Positions 1-14,561 of a DNA stretch of 64,000 nucleotides are shown here, piece after piece. The stretch is from the NCBI GenBank assembly GCA_032718475.1, contig JAUCBJ010009136.1:186001-250000 (forward strand), read 5' to 3'. The notes under the pieces were generated by a model. The model did no database searches, was not told the origin of the DNA, and saw only the letters and a list, made by a program, of their open reading frames with translations. A program made the position numbers and the translations under genes. This DNA is from Nemertoderma westbladi (taxonomy: Eukaryota; Animalia; Xenacoelomorpha). The stretch's first letter is position 1. Each line of letters opens with the position of its first letter.

Positions 1-240
1 GTGGGTTGACTGGGCTCGGTGGGTTAATCAGCTGGGTTGATTAGGCTGGGTGGGTTAATCAGCTGGGTTGATTAGGCTCGGTGGGTTAATAAGCTGGGAT
101 GATTAGGCTCGGTGGGTTAATCAGCTGGGTTGATTAGGCTCGGTGGGTTAATCAGCTGGGTTGATTAGGCTCGGTGGGTTAATCAGCTGGGTTGATTAGG
201 CTGGGTGGGTTAATCAGCTGGGTTGATTAGGCTAGGTGGG
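1..240. repeat. Tandem satellite, 31-bp unit GCTGGGTTGATTAGGCTCGGTGGGTTAATCA (runs off window start)
   Basis: About 7-8 near-identical copies; abuts the truncated 5' end of the gypsy pol. Confidence 0.95.
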
Positions 241-3200
241 AAAAACTTCCCTCCTGGAAGAATACAAGGATGTGTTCGACTGTAAGGGGACATTAAAGCC
301 CATGGTTGGGCCCCCAATGAAAATCGAGCTGGTAGATGGCGCAGTCCCGTTCTGTCTAAACGCGCCGCGTTCCATCCCCATCCCCTACCGCGAAAAGGCG
401 AAGGCGGAAATCGAACAGATGATAAGGAAGGGGGTTATCGAGCGTATTGGGGACAGGCCCGTGGAATGGAGCCATCCCATTGTGGTTACTAATAAACCGG
501 GGAGACCTGGGGAAATTAGAATGACTGTTGACCTCACAAAACTCAATAGCCAGGTCAAGTGAACAATCCACACTGCGCCGCCCCCCAACAGCCTTGTTTT
601 CGACCGCACCCCGGGAGCCAATGTGTTCACCGTTCTCGACGCCAAATCGGGATATTGGCAAATCGAACTCGCGGAAGAATCGCGTGATCTGACGACGTTT
701 ATCACTCCGTGGGGCCGATATCGGTACTGCCGGGCGCCTATGGGCTTCATCAGCTCAGGGGATAGTTTTAACTACCGCGGCGATCTTGCGCTGAACGGGC
801 TGCCCCAGGTAAAGAAAATTGTAGACGATATTCTGGTGGAGGATACAAACATTGACGATCATCACGCGCGTGTTAAACAGGTCCTCGACCATTGCCGTGA
901 CAACGGTATCACGCTAAATCCGGAAAAACTCCAATATGCGCAGCCAAGCGTTCGCTTCGCCGGGTACATATTGAACGGCGAAGGGGTAGCGGTGGACCCA
1001 AACAAAGTCAGAGCTATCAGCCAGTATCCGACCCCGCTAAATATCACAGACTTGCGAAGTTTTATGGGGCTGGTCAACCAGCTGGGGTACTTCTCAAGCG
1101 AGATTTCAACTACGGCATCACCCCTGCGAGACCTACTACGCGTACGTAACGCATTTGTATGGACAAGAAATCACGAAGATGCTTTTAACGCCACTAAGGC
1201 GGCTCTCGTGAGTCCTCCTGTGCTGGCGTCATTCGACGCCAGTTTACCGACTCGCCTCGAGACAGACGCGAGTCGCCTCCACGGTCTCGGGTACGATCTA
1301 CTCCAACGCCATAATGACGACTGGCGACTTGTCGCATGCGGGAGTAGATTCCTAACGGACCCGGAGACGCGTTACGCCACCATCGAGTTGGAGTGCATAG
1401 CGATACAATACGCGATAAAAAAATGCCGTATCTACTTGGCCGGATTACCGACGTTCACCGTCGTGACAGATCACCGACCACTCCTTGCAATTTTTAACTC
1501 GTATAACCTCGACCAAGTCGAGAACAGGAAAATTCAGAAAATGAAAGCGGAATTACAATCCTGTTATACTTTCACCGTCGCCTGGCAGAAGGGGAAGATT
1601 CACCGGATTGCCGATGCGTTGAGCCGGGCTCCCGTAGACCCCGCTCCAGACGACCCCGAGGACGAAACGCCACCCATTGTGGCAGCGATTGCGGCAAAAC
1701 TCCAACATGAGGAAACTTTGCATTCCTCGGAAGTGGTTAATAAACCCGCTCAAAGTGCACCACTCGCGCCGGACTCACACGATGAACTCGTGGAGGAACT
1801 GCGGGCAGCAGCGCGCGAGGATCCGGAGTACCGTGAACTCGTGGAGTGCATACGAACCGGCAACCGTAATGTTCGCACAACGCCGGCAGTGCAGCAACAC
1901 GAGGTCGAAGTATATCGACAGTGTCGATATACTTCGACCTCGTGTTATACGGCGATAGGCTGGTGATACCCACCGCCAGTCGAGATGAGATCCTGCGGAA
2001 ACTCCACGCTCCCCATCTCGGAATTACCCGAACTAAACAGCGGGCTCGTACTACAGTCTACTGGCCCGGAATCAATGCGGACATCGAAGCGCCGTGGGCC
2101 AGTGCGACGCGTGCCAAGGGCACCTGCCCAGTCTTCCCAAGGAGACCCTGATGGCAGATGCCACCCCCACGCGTCCCTTTGAGTCAGCTTCCTCAGATCT
2201 ATTCACCCTCGCGGGTAAACATTTTATTGTATACGCCGACAGACTGTCTGGCTACCCCGTCGTACTAGAGTGGCGGAATGACCCCACTGCACAGCAGTGC
2301 GTCGACGCCATACGGCGTTTCTTTGTAGACCTCGGGGTCCCCAACGTTTTGCGTACGGACGGCGGCCCACAATATGCTGCCGACGTATTCCAGCGCTTCC
2401 TCAAAGCGTGGGGTGTGCGCTGGGAGGCGAGCACGCCACACTTCCCTAGCAGCAATGGCCATGCGGAGGCCAGCGTCAAACAGATCAAAACGCTGCTTAG
2501 GAAGGTGCAACACCCTGACATACGCTCTGAAGAGTTCCAACGCGGGCTGTTGGAACTGAGAAACACACCACGCGCGAACGGGCGATCGCCCAATGAAACG
2601 GTGTTTGGACGATGTCTGCGAACTACAATCCCCGCCCACCACAACCATTATAAACAACAGTGGCAAGCGGAAGTGGACACGGCGGATAAACACGCGGAAA
2701 CACAGCGCGGTAGGGCCGTGGAGTTCTATAACCGGTCCTCACATGACCTCCCGCCCATTGCCATAGGCGACACGATCCGCATACAGGACCCCCGGTCCAA
2801 AAGGTGGACGCGCATAGGACTGGTAGTGGAGGCTGGCCGGCGACGCGACTATCGCGTGAAACTCAATTCTGGCCGGACATGGTGGTGAAACCGCCGCTTC
2901 ATCCGACGATATCACTCCACACCACCAGGGGGCGCTTCAGAACCTCCAACCAAACCATCACAATCAGATGAACCGGACATACCAAACAATTTCGAAACTG
3001 AAAGTAAATCGGCCCGCAGGAAGGCCTATCCCATGCGTCCCAGTACACCGGCCCAGCGTAAGACAGTGCATTGGAACATCAACGACCAAAACGCCACGCC
3101 ATAATGCGTTTCGATCGCAGAGGAAAAGGGGGTGTGGTATCCGGCTTTTGACTGAGGCCTCAATAACTGGGGTATATGGCCGCCTACCCGAATGACCTGT

Positions 3201-3424
3201 AATAATATACTGCTGTACTGCTTGTGTGTGGCAGCAGCTTCAGAGTCTGTATAATACTGTACACCGCAGCACCGGTACATTGGTACTAAACGGCCGCTGC
3301 GGCCCTTACATAATGGTGGTGGTCCTGGAATATTAATTGTTATTCTATTATATACATACATCTTTATATTGCTTAATATAATGCAGTAAGGAAGGACGAA
3401 TGCGATATCAAACCTTTCACACCA
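241..3424 (+). mobile_element. Ty3/gypsy LTR retrotransposon, 5'-truncated and decayed (RT-RNase H-integrase, polypurine tract, probable 3' LTR)
   Basis: RT motifs (WSHPIVV, LDAKSGYWQI, TTFITPWGRY, PMG, IVDD), RNase H (ETDAS, YATIELE, TDHRPL, ADALSR), integrase (HAPHLG..CDAC, RTDGGPQY, SNGHAE) in gypsy order. Broken by stops at 560-562 and 2886-2888 and by frameshifts near 600, 1930 and 2090. Purine tract AGGAAAAGGGGG at 3121-3132 is followed by TG. Confidence 0.92.
3133..3424 (+). repeat. Putative 3' LTR of the gypsy element
   Basis: Starts TGTGG right after the purine tract and ends CA where the satellite begins. No second LTR is present to confirm the boundaries. Confidence 0.5.
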
Positions 3425-6400
3425 TTCTGCTCCGTCCCCTATACGTTCTGCTCCGTTCCCCTATACGTTCTGATCCGTCCCCTATACGTTCTGCTCCGCC
3501 CCCTATACGTTCTGCTCCGTTCCCCTATACGTTCTGGTCCGTTCCCCTATACGTTCTGCTCCGTCCCCTATACGTTCTGCTCCGTCCCCTATACGTTCTG
3601 CTCCGTCCCCTATACGTTCTGCTCCGTTCCCCTATACGTTCTACTCCGTTCCCCTATACGTTCTGCTCCGTCCCCTATACGTTCTGCTCCGTTCCCCTAT
3701 ACGTTCTGCTCCGTCCCCTATACGTTCTGCTCCGTCCCCTATACGTTCTGCTCCATTCCCCTATACGTTCTGCTCCGTCCCCTATACGTTCTGCTCCGTT
3801 CCCCTATACGTTCTGCTCCGTTCCCCTATACTTTCTGCTCCGTTCCCCTATACGCTCTGCTCCGTCCCCCTATACGTTCTGCTCCGTTCCCCTATATGCT
3901 CTGCTCCGTTCCCCTATACGTTCTACTCCGTTCCCTATACGTTCTGCTCCGTCCCCTATACGTTCTGCTCCGTTTCCCTATACGTTCTGCTTTGTTCCCC
4001 TATACGTTCTGCTCCGTCCCCTATACGTTATACTCCGTTCCCCTATACGTTCTACTCCGTTCCCCTATACGTTCTGCCCCGTCCCCTATACGTTCTACTC
4101 CGTTCCCCTATACGTTCTACTCCGTTCCCCTATACGTTCTGCCCCGTCCCCTATACGTTCTGCTCCGTCCCCTATACATTCTGCTCCGTTTCCCTATACG
4201 TTCTGCTTTGTTCCCCTATACGTTCTGCTCCGTCCCCTATACGTTCTGCTCCGTCCCCTATACGTTCTGGTCCGTTCCCCTATATGCTCTGCTCCGTTCC
4301 CCTATACGTTCTACTCCGTTCCCCTATACGTTCTACTCCGTTCCCCTATACGTTCTGCCCCGTCCCCTATACGTTATGCTCCGTTCCCCTATACGTTCTA
4401 CTCCGTTCCCCTATACGTTCTGCCCCGTCCCCTATACGTTCTGCCCCGTCCCCTATACGTTCTGCTCCGTCCCCTATACGTTCTACTCCGTTCCCCTATA
4501 CGTTCTACTCCGTTCCCCTATACGTTCTGCCCCGTCCCCTATACGTTCTGCTCCATTCCCCTATACGTTCTGCTCCGTCCCCTATACGTTCTGCCCCGTC
4601 CCCTATACGTTCTGCTCCGTCCCCTATACGTTCTGCTCCGTTCCCCTATATGCTCTGCTCCGTTCCCCTATACGTTCTACTCCGTTCCCCTATACGTTCT
4701 ACTCCGTTCCCCTATACGTTCTGCCCCGTCCCCTATACGTTATGCTCCGTCCCCTATACGTTCTGCTCCGTCCCCTATACGTTCTGCTCCGTTCCCCTAT
4801 ACGTTCTGCTCCGTTCCCCTATACGTTCTGCTCCGTTCCCCTATACGTTCTGCTCCGTCCCCTATACGTTCTACTCCGTTCCCCTATACGTTCTGCTCCA
4901 TTTCCCTATACGTTCTGCTCCGTCCCCTATACGTTCTGCTCCGTCCCCTATACGTTCTGCTTTGTTCCCCTATACGTTCTGCTCCGTCCCCTATACGTTC
5001 TGCTCCGTTCCCCTATACGTTCTGCTCCGTTTCCCTATACGTTCTGCTTTGTTCCCCTATACGTTCTGCTTTGTTCCCCTATACGTTCTGCCCCGTCCCC
5101 TATACGTTCTGCTCCGTCCCCTATACGTTCTGCTCCATTCCCCTATACGTTCTGCTCCGTCCCCTATACGTTCTGCCCCGTCCCCTATACGTTCTGCTCC
5201 GTCCCCTATACGTTCTGCCCCGTCCCCTATACGTTCTGCTCCGTCCCCTATACGTTCTGCTCCGTTCCCCTATACGTTCTGCTCCGTTCCCCTATACGTT
5301 CTGCTCCGTTCCCCTATACGTTCTGCTCCGTCCCCTATACGTTCTACTCCGTTCCCCTATACGTTCTGCTCCATTTCCCTATACGTTCTGCTCCGTCCCC
5401 TATACGTTCTGCTCCGTCCCCTATACGTTCTGCTCCGTTCCCCTATACGTTCTACTCCGTTCCCCTATACGTTCTGCCCCGTCCCCTATACGTTCTGCCC
5501 CGTCCCCTATACGTTCTGCTCCGTCCCCTATACGTTCTACTCCGTTCCCCTATACGTTCTACTCCGTTCTCCTATACGTTCTGCCCCGTCCCCTATACGT
5601 TCTGCTCCGTCCCGTATACGTTCTGCTCCGTTTCCCTATACGTTCTGCTTTGTTCCCCTATACGTTCTGCTCCGTCCCCTATACGTTCTTCTCCGTTCCC
5701 CTATACGTTCTACTCCGTTCCCCTATACGTTCTGCCCCGTCCCCTATACGTTCTACTCCGTTCCCCTATACGTTCTACTCCGTTCCCCTATACGTTCTGC
5801 CCCGTCCCCTATACGTTCTGCTCCGTCCCCTATACGTTCTGCTCCGTTTCCCTATACGTTCTGCTTTGTTCCCCTATACGTTCTGCTCCGTCCCCTATAC
5901 GTTCTGCTCCGTCCCCTATACGTTCTGGTCCGTTCCCCTATATGCTCTGCTCCGTTTCCCTATACGTTCTGCTTTGTTCCCCTATACGTTCTGCTCCGTC
6001 CCCTATACGTTCTGCTCCGTCCCCTATACGTTCTGGTCCGTTCCCCTATATGCTCTGCTCCGTTCCCCTATACGTTCTACTCCGTTCCCCTATACGTTCT
6101 GCCCCGTCCCCTATACGTTCTGCTCCGTCCCCTATACGTTCTACTCCGTTCCCCTATACGTTCTACTCCGTTCCCATATACGTTCTGCCCCGTCCCCTAT
6201 ACGTTCTGCTCCGTCCCCTATACGTTCTGCTCCGTTCCCCTATACGTTCTGCTCCGTCCCCTATACGTTCTGCCCCGTCCCCTATACGTTCTGCTCCGTC
6301 CCCTATACGTTCTGCTCTGTTCCCCTATATGCTCTGCTCCGTTCCCCTATACGTTCTACTCCGTTCCCCTATACGTTCTACTCCGTTCCCCTATACGTTC

Positions 6401-9400
6401 TGCCCCGTCCCCTATACGTTATGCTCCGTCCCCTATATGTTCTGCTCCGTCCCCTATACGTTCTGCTCCGTTCCCCTATACGTTCTGCTCCGTTCCCCTA
6501 TACGTTCTGCTCCGTTCCCCTATACGTTCTGCTCCGTCCCCTATACGTTCTACTCCGTTCCCCTATACGTTCTGCTCCATTTCCCTATACGTTCTGCTCC
6601 GTCCCCTATACGTTCTGCTCCGTCCCCTATACGTTCTGCTTTGTTCCCCTATACGTTCTGCTCCGTCCCCTATACGTTCTGCTCCGTTCCCCTATACGTT
6701 CTGCTCCGTTTCCCTATACGTTCTGCTTTGTTCCCCTATACGTTCTGCTTTGTTCCCCTATACGTTCTGCCCCGTCCCCTATACGTTCTGCTCCGTCCCC
6801 TATACGTTCTGCTCCATTCCCCTATACGTTCTGCTCCGTCCCCTATACGTTCTGCCCCATCCCCTATACGTTCTGCTCCGTCCCCTATACGTTCTGCCCC
6901 GTCCCCTATACGTTCTGCTCCGTCCCCTATACGTTCTGCTCCGTTCCCCTATACGTTCTGCTCCGTTCCCCTATACGTTCTGCTCCGTTCCCCTATACGT
7001 TCTACTCCGTTCCCCTATACGTTCTGCTCCATTTCCCTATACGTTCTGCTCCGTCCCCTATACGTTCTGCTCCGTCCCCTATACGTTCTGCCCCGTCCCC
7101 TATACGTTCTGCTCCGTCCCCTATACGTTCTACTCCGTTCCCCTATACGTTCTACTCCGTTCCCCTATACGTTCTGCCCCGTCCCCTATACGTTCTGCTC
7201 CATTCCCCTATACGTTCTGCTCCGTCCCCTATACGTTCTGCCCCGTCCCCTATACGTTCTGCTCCGTCCCCTATACGTTCTGCTCCGTCCCCTATACGTT
7301 CTACTCCGTTCCCCTATACGTTCTGCTCCGTTCCCCTATACGTTCTGCTCCGTTCCCCTATACGTTCTGCTCCGTCCCCTATACGTTCTACTCCGTTCCC
7401 CTATACGTTCTGCTCCATTTCCCTATACGTTCTGCTCCGTCCCCTATACGTTCTGCTTTGTTCCCCTATACGTTCTGCTCCGTCCCCTATACGTTCTGCT
7501 CCGTTCCCCTATACGTTCTGCTTTGTTCCCCTATACGTTCTGTTTTGTTCCCCTATACGTTTTGCCCCGTCCCCTATACGTTCTGCTCCGTCCCCTATAC
7601 GTTCTGCTCCGTTCCCCTATACGTTCTGCTCCGTTCCCCTATACGTTCTGCTCCGTTCCCCTATACGTTCTGCTCCGTTCCCCTATACGTTCTGCTCCGT
7701 TTCCCTATACGTTCTGCTTTGTTCCCCTATACGTTCTGCTCCGTCCCCTATACGTTCTGCTCCGTCCCCTATACGTTCTGCTCCGTTCCCCTATACGTTC
7801 TGCTCCGTTCCCCTATACGTTCTGCTCCGTCCCCTATACGTTCTGCTCCGTTCCCCTATACGTTCTACTCCGTTCCCCTATACGTTCTGCCCCGTCCCCT
7901 ATACGTTCTGCCCCGTCCCCTATACGTTCTGCTCCGTCCCCTATACGTTCTACTCCGTTCCCATATACGTTCTACTCCGTTCCCCTATACGTTCTGCCCC
8001 GTCCCCTATACGTTCTGCTCCGTCCCGTATACGTTCTGCTCCGTTTCCCTATACGTTCTGCTTTGTTCCCCTATACGTTCTGCTCCGTCCCCTATACGTT
8101 CTTCTCCGTTCCCCTATACGTTCTACTCCGTTCCCCTATACGTTCTGCCCCGTCCCCTATACGTTCTACTCCGTTCCCCTATACGTTCTACTCCGTTCCC
8201 CTATACGTTCTGCCCCGTCCCCTATACGTTCTGCTCCGTCCCCTATACGTTCTGCTCCATTCCCCTATACGTTCTGCTCCGTCCCCTATACGTTCTGCCC
8301 CGTCCCCTATACGTTCTGCTCCGTCCCCTATACGTTCTGCTCCGTTCCCCTATACGTTCTGCTCCGTTCCCCTATACGTTCTGCTCCGTTCCCCTATATG
8401 CTCTGCTCCGTTCCCCTATACGTTCTACTCCGTTCCCCTATACGTTCTGCCCCGTCCCCTATACGTTCTACTCCGTTCCCCTATACGTTCTGCCCCGTCC
8501 CCTATACGTTATGCTCCGTCCCCTATATGTTCTGCTCCGTCCCCTATACGTTCTGCTCCGTTCCCCTATACGTTCTGCCCCGTCCCCTATACGTTCTGCT
8601 CCGTTCCCCTATACGTTCTGCTCCGTCCCCTATACGTTCTGCTCCGTTCCCCTATACGTTCTGCTCCGTCCCCTATACGTTCTACTCCGTTCCCCTATAC
8701 GTTCTGCCCCGTCCCCTATACGTTCTGCTCCGTTCCCCTATACGTTCTGCTCCGTCCCCTATACGTTCTGCTCCGTTCCCCTATACGTTCTGCTCCGTCC
8801 CCTATACGTTCTACTCCGTTCCCCTATACGTTCTGCCCCGTCCCCTATACGTTATGCTCCGTCCCCTATATGTTCTGCTCCGTCCCCTATACGTTCTGCT
8901 CCGTTCCCCTATACGTTCTGCTCCGTTCCCCTATACGTTCTGCTCCGTTCCCCTATACGTTCTGCTCCGTCCCCTATACGTTCTACTCCGTTCCCCTATA
9001 CGTTCTGCTCCATTTCCCTATACGTTCTGCTCCGTCCCCTATACGTTCTGCTCCGTCCCCTATACGTTCTGCTCCGTTCCCCTATACGTTCTGCTCCGTT
9101 TCCCTATACGTTCTGCTTTGTTCCCCTATACGTTCTGCTTTGTTCCCCTATACATTCTGCCCCGTCCCCTATACGTTCTGCTCCGTCCCCTATACGTTCT
9201 GCTCCATTCCCCTATACGTTCTGCTCCGTCCCCTATACGTTCTGCTCCGTCCCCTATACGTTCTGCTCCATTCCCCTATACGTTCTGCTCCGTTTCCCTA
9301 TACGTTCTGCTTTGTTCCCCTATACGTTCTGCTTTGTTCCCCTATACGTTCTGCCCCGTCCCCTATACGTTCTGCTCCGTCCCCTATACGTTCTGCTCCA

Positions 9401-12400
9401 TTCCCCTATACGTTCTGCTCCGTCCCCTATACGTTCTGTCCCGTCCCCTATACGTTCTGCTCCGTCCCCTATACGTTCTGCCCCGTCCCCTATACGTTCT
9501 GCTCCGTCCCCTATACGTTCTGCTCCGTTCCCCTATACGTTCTGCTCCGTTCCCCTATACGTTCTGCTCCGTTCCCCTATACGTTCTGCTCCGTCCCCTA
9601 TACGTTCTACTCCGTTCCCCTATACGTTCTGCTCCATTTCCCTATACGTTCTGCTCCGTCCCCTATACGTTCTGCTCCGTCCCCTATACGTTCTGCTCCG
9701 TTCCCCTATACGTTCTACTCCGTTCCCCTATACGTTCTGCCCCGTCCCCTATACGTTCTGCCCCGTCCCCTATACGTTCTGCTCCGTCCCCTATACGTTC
9801 TACTCCGTTCCCCTATACGTTCTACTCCGTTCCCCTATACGTTCTGCCCCGTCCCCTATACGTTCTGCTCCGTCCCCTATACGTTCTGCTCCGTTCCCCT
9901 ATACGTTCTGCTTTGTTCCCCTATACGTTTTGCCCCGTCCCCTATACGTTCTGCTCCGTCCCCTATACGTTCTGCTCCGTTCCCCTATACGTTCTGCTCC
10001 GTTCCCCTATACGTTCTGCTCCGTTCCCCTATACGTTCTGCTCCGTTCCCCTATACGTTCTGCTCCGTTTCCCTATACGTTCTGCTTTGTTCCCCTATAC
10101 GTTCTGCTCCGTCCCCTATACGTTCTGCTCCGTCCCCTATACGTTCTGCTCCGTTCCCCTATACGTTCTGCTCCGTTCCCCTATACGTTCTGCTCCGTTT
10201 CCCTATACGTTCTGCTTCGTTTCCCTATACGTTCTGCTTTGTTCCCCTATACGTTCTGCTCCGTCCCCTATACGTTCTGCTCCGTCCCCTATACGTTCTG
10301 CTCCGTTCCCCTATACGTTCTGCTCCGTTTCCCTATATGCTCTGCTCCGTCCCATATACGTTCTGCTCCGTCCCCTATACGTTCTGCTCCGTCCCCTATA
10401 CGTTCTGCTCCGCTCCCCTATACGTTCTGCTCCGTCCCCTATACGTTCTGCTCCGTTCCCCTATACGTTCTGCTCCGTCCCCTATACGTTCTGCTCCGTT
10501 CCCCTATACGTTCTGCTCCGTCCCCTATACGTTCTGCTCCGTTCCCCTATACGTTCTGCTTTGTTCCCCTATACGTTCTGCTCCGTCCCCTATACGTTCT
10601 GCTTTGTTCCCCTATACGTTCTGCTCCGTCCCCTATACGTTCTGCTCCGTTCCCCTATACGTTCTGCTCCGTCCCCTATACGTTCTGCTCCATTTCCCTA
10701 TACGTTCTGCTCCGTTTCCCTATACGTTCTGCTCCGTTTCCCTATACGTTCTGCTTTGTTCCCCTATACGTTCTGCTCCGTCCCCTATACGTTCTGCTCC
10801 GTTCCCCTATACGTTCTGCTCCGTTTCCCTATACGTTCTGCTTTGTTCCCCTATACGTTCTGCTCCGTCCCCTATACGTTCTGCTCCGTCCCCTATACGT
10901 TCTGGTCCGTTCCCCTATATGCTCTGCTCCGTTCCCCTATACGTTCTACTCCGTTCCCCTATACGTTCTACTCCGTTCCCCTATACGTTCTGCCCCGTCC
11001 CCTATACGTTCTGCTCCGTCCCCTATACGTTCTACTCCGTTCCCCTATACGTTCTACTCCGTTCCCCTATACGTTCTGCCCCGTCCCCTATACGTTCTGC
11101 TCCGTCCCCTATACGTTCTGCTCCGTCCCCTATACGTTCTACTCCGTTCCCCTATACGTTCTACTCCGTTCCCCTATACGTTCTGCCCCGTCCCCTATAC
11201 GTTCTGCTCCGTCCCCTATACGTTCTGCTCCGTCCCCTATACGTTCTACTCCGTTCCCCTATACGTTCTACTCCGTTCCCCTATACGTTCTGCCCCGTCC
11301 CCTATACGTTCTGCTCCGTTCCCCTATACGTTCTGCTCCGTTCCCCTATACGTTCTGCTCCGTTCCCCTATACGTTCTACTCCGTTCCCCTATACGTTCT
11401 ACTCCGTTCCCCTATACGTTCTGCCCCGTCCCCTATACGTTCTACTCCGTTCCCCTATACGTTCTGCCCCGTCCCCTATATGTTCTGCTCCGTCCCCTAT
11501 ACGTTCTGCTCCGTTCCCCTATATGCTCTGCTCCGTTCCCCTATACGTTCTGCTCCGTTCCCCTATACGTTCTGCTCCGTTTCCCTATACGTTCTGCTTT
11601 GTTCCCCTATACGTTCTGCTCCGTCCCCTATACGTTCTGCTCCGTCCCCTATACGTTCTGGTCAGTTCCCCTATATGCTCTGCTCCGTTCCCCTATACGT
11701 TCTACTCCGTTCCCCTATACGTTCTACTCCGTTCCCCTATACGTTCTGCCCCGTCCCCTATACGTTCTGCTCCGTCCCCTATACGTTCTGCTCCGTTCCC
11801 CTATATGCTCTGCTCCGTTCCCCTATACGTTCTGCTTTGTTCCCCTATACGTTCTGCTCCGTCCCCTATACGTTCTGCTTTGTTCCCCTATACGTTCTGC
11901 TCCGTCCCCTATACGTTCTGCTCCGTCCCCTATACGTTCTGGTCCGTTCCCCTATATGCTCTGCTCCGTTCCCCTATACGTTCTATTCCGTTCCCCTATA
12001 CGTTCTACTCCGTTCCCCTATATGCTCTGCTCCGTTCCCCTATACGTTCTACTCCGTTCCCCTATACGTTCTACTCCGTTCCCCTATACGTTCTGCCCCG
12101 TCCCCTATACGTTCTGCTCCGTCCCCTATACGTTCTACTCCGTTCCCCTATACGTTCTACTCCGTTCCCCTATACGTTCTACTCCGTTCCCCTATACGTT
12201 CTGTACCGTCCCCTATACGTTCTGCTCCGTCCCCTATACGTTCTGCTCCGTTTCCCTATACGTTCTGCTTTGTTCCCCTATACGTTCTGCTCCGTCCCCT
12301 ATACGTTCTGCTCCGTCCCCTATACGTTCTGGTCCGTTCCCCTATATGCTCTGCTCCGTTCCCATATACGTTCTACTCCGTTCCCCTATACGTTCTACTC

Positions 12401-14275
12401 CGTTTCCCTATACGTTCTGCCCCGTCCCCTATACGTTCTGCTCCGTCCCCTATACGTTCTACTCCGTTCCCCTATACGTTCTACTCCGTTCCCCTATACG
12501 TTCTGCCCCGTCCCCTATACGTTCTGCCCCGTCCCCTATACGTTCTGCTCCGTCCCCTATACGTTCTACTCCGTTCCCCTATACGTTCTACTCCGTTCCC
12601 CTATACGTTCTGCCCCGTCCCCTATACGTTCTGCTCCATTCCCCTATACGTTCTGCTCCGTCCCCTATACGTTCTGCCCCGTCCCCTATACGTTCTGCTC
12701 CGTCCCCTATACGTTCTGCTCCGTTCCCCTATATGCTCTGCTCCGTTCCCCTATACGTTCTACTCCGTTCCCCTATACGTTCTACTCCGTTCCCCTATAC
12801 GTTCTGCCCCGTCCCCTATACGTTATGCTCCGTCCCCTATACGTTCTGCTCCGTCCCCTATACGTTCTGCTCCGTTCCCCTATACGTTCTGCTCCGTTCC
12901 CCTATACGTTCTGCTCCGTTCCCCTATACGTTCTGCTCCGTCCCCTGTACGTTCTGCTCCATTTCCCTATACGTTCTGCTCCGTCCCCTATACGTTCTGC
13001 TCCGTCCCCTATACGTTCTGCTTTGTTCCCCTATACGTTCTGCTCCGTCCCCTATACGTTCTGCTCCGTTCCCCTATACGTTCTGCTCCGTTTCCCTATA
13101 CGTTCTGCTTTGTTCCCCTATACGTTCTGCTTTGTTCCCCTATACGTTCTGCCCCGTCCCCTATACGTTCTGCTCCGTCCCCTATACGTTCTGCTCCGTT
13201 CCCCTATACGTTCTGCTCCGTTCCCCTATACGTTCTGCTCCGTCCCCTATACGTTCTGCTCCGTCCCCTATACGTTCTGCTCCGTTCCCCTATACGTTCT
13301 GCTCCGTTCCCCTATACGTTCTGCTCCGTTCCCCTATACGTTCTGCTCCGTTCCCCTATACGTTCTGCTCCGTTTCCCTATACGTTCTGCTTTGTTCCCC
13401 TATACGTTCTGCTTTGTTCCCCTATACGTTCTGCCCCGTCCCCTATACGTTCTGCTCCGTCCCCTATACGTTCTGCTCCGTTTCCCTATACGTTCTGCCC
13501 CGTCCCCTATACGTTCTGCTCCGTCCCCTATACGTTCTGGTCCGTTCCCCTATATGCTCTGCTCCGTTCCCCTATACGTTCTACTCCGTTCCCCTATACG
13601 TTCTGCTCCGTTCCCCTATACGTTCTGCTCCGTTCCCCTATACGTTCTACTCCGTTCCCCTATACGTTCTACTCCGTTCCCCTATACGTTCTGCCCCGTC
13701 CCCTATACGTTCTGCTCCGTTCCCCTATACGTTCTGCTCCGTTCCCCTATATGTTCTGCTCCGTTCCCCTATACGTTCTGCTCCGTCCCCTATACGTTCT
13801 GCTCCATTTCCCTATACGTTCTGCTCCGTCCCCTATACGTTCTGCTCCGTTCCCCTATACGTTCTGCTCCGTCCCCTATACGTTCTGCTCCGTTCCCCTA
13901 TACGTTCTGCTCCCTTTCCCTATACGTTCTGCTTTGTTCCCCTATACGTTCTGCTCCGTTCCCCTATACGTTCTGCTCCGTCCCCTATACGTTCTGCTCC
14001 ATTTCCCTATACGTTCTGCTCCGTCCCCTATACGTTCTGCTCCGTTCCCCTATACGTTCTGCTCCGTTCCCCTATACGTTCTGCTCCGTTCCCCTATACG
14101 TTCTGCTCCGTCCCCTATACGTTCTGCTCCGTTCCCCTATACGTTCTGCTCCGTCCCCTATACGTTCTGCTCCGTTCCCCTATACGTTCTGCTTTGTTCC
14201 CCTATACGTTCTGCTCCGTCCCCTATACGTTCTGCTCCGTTCCCCTATACGTTCTGTTCCTTTCCCTTATACGTT
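3425..14275. repeat. Tandem satellite, 21/22-bp unit TTCTGCTCCGT(T)CCCCTATACG, ~10.8 kb
   Basis: Roughly 500 copies with recurrent variants (TTCTACTCC, TTCTGCCCC, CTTTGTT, TATGCTCT). The + strand is pyrimidine-rich and stop-free, which explains the giant ORFs. Confidence 0.98.
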
Positions 14276-14294
14276 ATTCGTCCCTTTCTACTAG

Positions 14295-14561
14295 GTTCCG
14301 CGTAAATCGAAGCTACAACTATACCGTTCCTATCGGGACCACGAAGGGTTTGTAATCCGCCATTACGCCGGCGCTGTCTGCTACAACACCCGCCAGTTTA
14401 TAGATAAAAACAACGACGCTCTTCATTCCAGTCTGAAAGCTTTAGTTGTGGAGAGTAAAGATCCATTCATTAAAGATTTGTTTGACGATGGTAATGGTGT
14501 AACTCAGAACAACTCCAATGGAGGGAAAATCAATTTCATTAGCGTTGGCAGTAAGTTTAGG
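14295..14561 (+). CDS. MYO6: Myosin VI-like heavy chain, internal motor-domain exon (phase 0/0)
   Basis: Acceptor ctactag|GTT, donor AGG|gtaagt. Translates VPRKSKLQLYRSYRDHEGFVIRHYAGAVCYNTRQFIDKNNDALHSSLKALVVESKDPFIKDLF...GKINFISVGSKFR, matching class VI myosin (PRKSKL..RDDEGF.IRHFAGAVCY..KNNDALH..GKLSFISVG.KF). Confidence 0.93.

Noticed and set aside
3400-14355. Three ORFs of 3300-3650 aa in all + frames
   Set aside because: Artefact of a stop-free 21/22-bp satellite; the same peptides cycle through all frames.
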